A model generated the notes under the pieces. It was given only the letters and a program-made list of their open reading frames with translations. It did not search any database and was not told the DNA's origin. Positions 61,996 through 64,000 of a DNA stretch of 64,000 nucleotides are shown here, one piece after another. A program made the position numbers and the translations under genes. The stretch is from Malacoraja senta. Taxonomy: Eukaryota. Location of the stretch: assembly GCA_038087875.1 (NCBI GenBank), contig CM075977.1, positions 170,562,001 through 170,626,000 on the forward strand, written 5' to 3'. The number at the start of each line of letters is the position of its first letter. Position 1 is the stretch's first letter.

Positions 61996-64000
61996 TTGGA
62001 GGGATATGGGGAAAAAGCAGGAACAGGGTAATGATTTTAGATGATCAGCCATGACCATATTGAATGGCGGCAGTGCTGGCTCGAAGGACTGAATGGCCTA
62101 TTCCTGCACCTATTTTTCTATGTTTCTATGTTTCCTAGCACAGAAAGTAGGGAATAGGGCTCTATCCTACCACTTGGCCATCTCGGTTTGCAATGTTGAG
62201 CATTGAACAGCTACTTGCAACTTCCTTTTCAATTCTTTGGATTTTCCCTCATTCTACAGGACTGGGAACAGTGATTTTCTACCACTGTAGGCATCTAGGT
62301 AGTATAGGTTTACAAAACCTGCACCCCATATGGCCCTGGCAAACACTTAACAAGTATGCCTGGCCTTGGCCATATGCGGGTGCTGTAATCCCCACAAATA
62401 GAGAAAATCTCAACGAACTGCCCACTCAGATCCTGAGAACATTCTACCTTCCTGTTGCAGCAGCCACACTTGAAGGAGCACTCAGTGGTTGAAGGGATGC
62501 TGATTGTGTTGTGCTTGTATCCGTTCAAGGGCTGGTTGCTGTGCTTAAGGATAAGTGCTAGCATCTGCACAATCTTGCATAAATCACTAGAACAGCACGC
62601 CTTAGGACTAATGCAGTGCGTTGCTTTAACCAGGAAACTTGACAACACTGTTTTGTAATCCTCTCAATAGAAGACAGCAATCTTAATGTCTCTTTTTATT
62701 ACAGCATTAGCATGTCTCGCAACACTATTTTATTGGCAACAAAATGAAAAGAATTAATACTCCAAGGTCAACAAGAAAGTCGATAAAGGGAGGAATCCAT
62801 AGTGCTCGAGGACCATATCATTTCAATGATGAAAGGGGAAGAACAATGGTGAAGGAGAGAGTTGATATAGTAAAGTCTAATATAGTAAAGTAGAAACAAG
62901 GAATTACAGATACTGGTTTATACCAAAGATGGGCACAAAGTGTTGGAGTAACTCAGAGGGTCTGTCAGCATCCCTGAAGAAAAAGAATGGGTGACTTTGG
63001 GTTGGGACCCTTTGAATAAGTTTCTCCAGCACTGTGTCTGATATAGTAGAACCTTTAAAGCTGCATCTGAAGTTTTCTATTAGTTTGCCCAGTGGCAGTT
63101 GTTAAGTGATCGAACATATGCAAGCAAAGATAAATCAAATGCGCATCAAACAAGCTGGATGAAATGGGAGATTCTGATCTTCAGGTTGGTTGTAATAGGT
63201 GGACTAGCTGGTTAGACATATGTATAACACATATTTAAACTGATAATCTCCTACACCAACACATTTTGAAATCAGCAAGGACAAGGTCATATTCCTTTTG
63301 GCAGTGAGTTATAAACACAATTTGTGCATTTCCCAATGAGGTGTGAACATTTATATGAGAAATCATTAAAAGATTGTGTCCAACTAAGTGTTTGAAGGGG
63401 AAAAATGCAAAACAAAACATTTAGATTTAGATAAGGCCGACCTCAAACTTGATGGACCAGGCATGGCAAAGCATGGTGGTGGCATCAGTGGGAGGTTACA
63501 ATAAAATGCATGGGACTGAAATATCTCAAAAGGGGCAAGATGCTGAAGACCAATGACTCTAGGAGTCAGGGGCAACAAGCAAATAACATAAAATGCAAAA
63601 GCAATCAAAGTTCCTGGTGACAGGGAGAGATGCAAAGAACAAAATGTGATGGGACTGTTAGTAAGCATTAGAAAGGAGACAGAAAATAAAATCAGCAAAG
63701 CCAACTACTGTGGATGTTGGAAATCCGAAATAGAAATGCATATCCTCAGGTCGGATTTTAATGGAATGTGCGTGAATGAATGCTCACAGTGAATGAATGG
63801 ATGGCGTGAATGAATGCTCACAGTGAAACTCCCACGGTACATGCACTGGCACAGGCAGTAGTAGTACTGTGCCTTGCACACAATTTGTGGACCTTCTGTT
63901 TGAACTGCAAGCTCAGTGGATGTGGGTTCTTCCCAGAATAAGTGCAAGACCCTCATTCTTACTCCAAACATGGTGGACTTGGAATCACCCACGGGAAAGA

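Noticed and set aside
5735-63035. CRISPR-like array of recurring ~30-bp palindromic repeats
   Set aside because: Copies are dispersed, in both orientations, within a longer repeat with TSDs; eukaryotic context with no cas genes

Overview
Repeat-dominated vertebrate DNA with no recognisable host exon. The repeat repertoire (CR1 LINEs with (CTATGTTT)n/(CTATTGT)n tails, HE1/V-SINE-like SINEs) suggests a cartilaginous fish such as a skate or ray; this is inference. The window holds: several CR1 LINE copies; a 5'-intact L1 on the minus strand; a near-complete DIRS1-type tyrosine-recombinase retrotransposon; Penelope-like element (PLE) 3' fragments with a GIY-YIG endonuclease; a Rex1/Babar fragment; SINEs; and a CpG-rich MITE family with AGGGCCTGTCCCAC termini. 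The most notable signal is a family of roughly 25-30 (counted by eye) short, ~100-230 bp non-coding repeats. They carry a minimal hammerhead-ribozyme core (CTGA[A/T]GA-A-GGGT-loop-(A/G)CCC-GAAACGTC) and match the 3' end of the PLE. Several are inverted 'two-polarity' hairpins flanked by their own 12-15 bp target-site duplications, i.e. ribozyme-bearing mini-retroelements. Also present: a previously fragmented ~950 bp solo LTR (GGGCC TSD, flip-flop hairpin U3) that has absorbed a CR1, the DIRS and a ribozyme mini-element, and two adjacent tail-to-tail LINE fold-back structures. All coding regions are TE-derived and most are disrupted.
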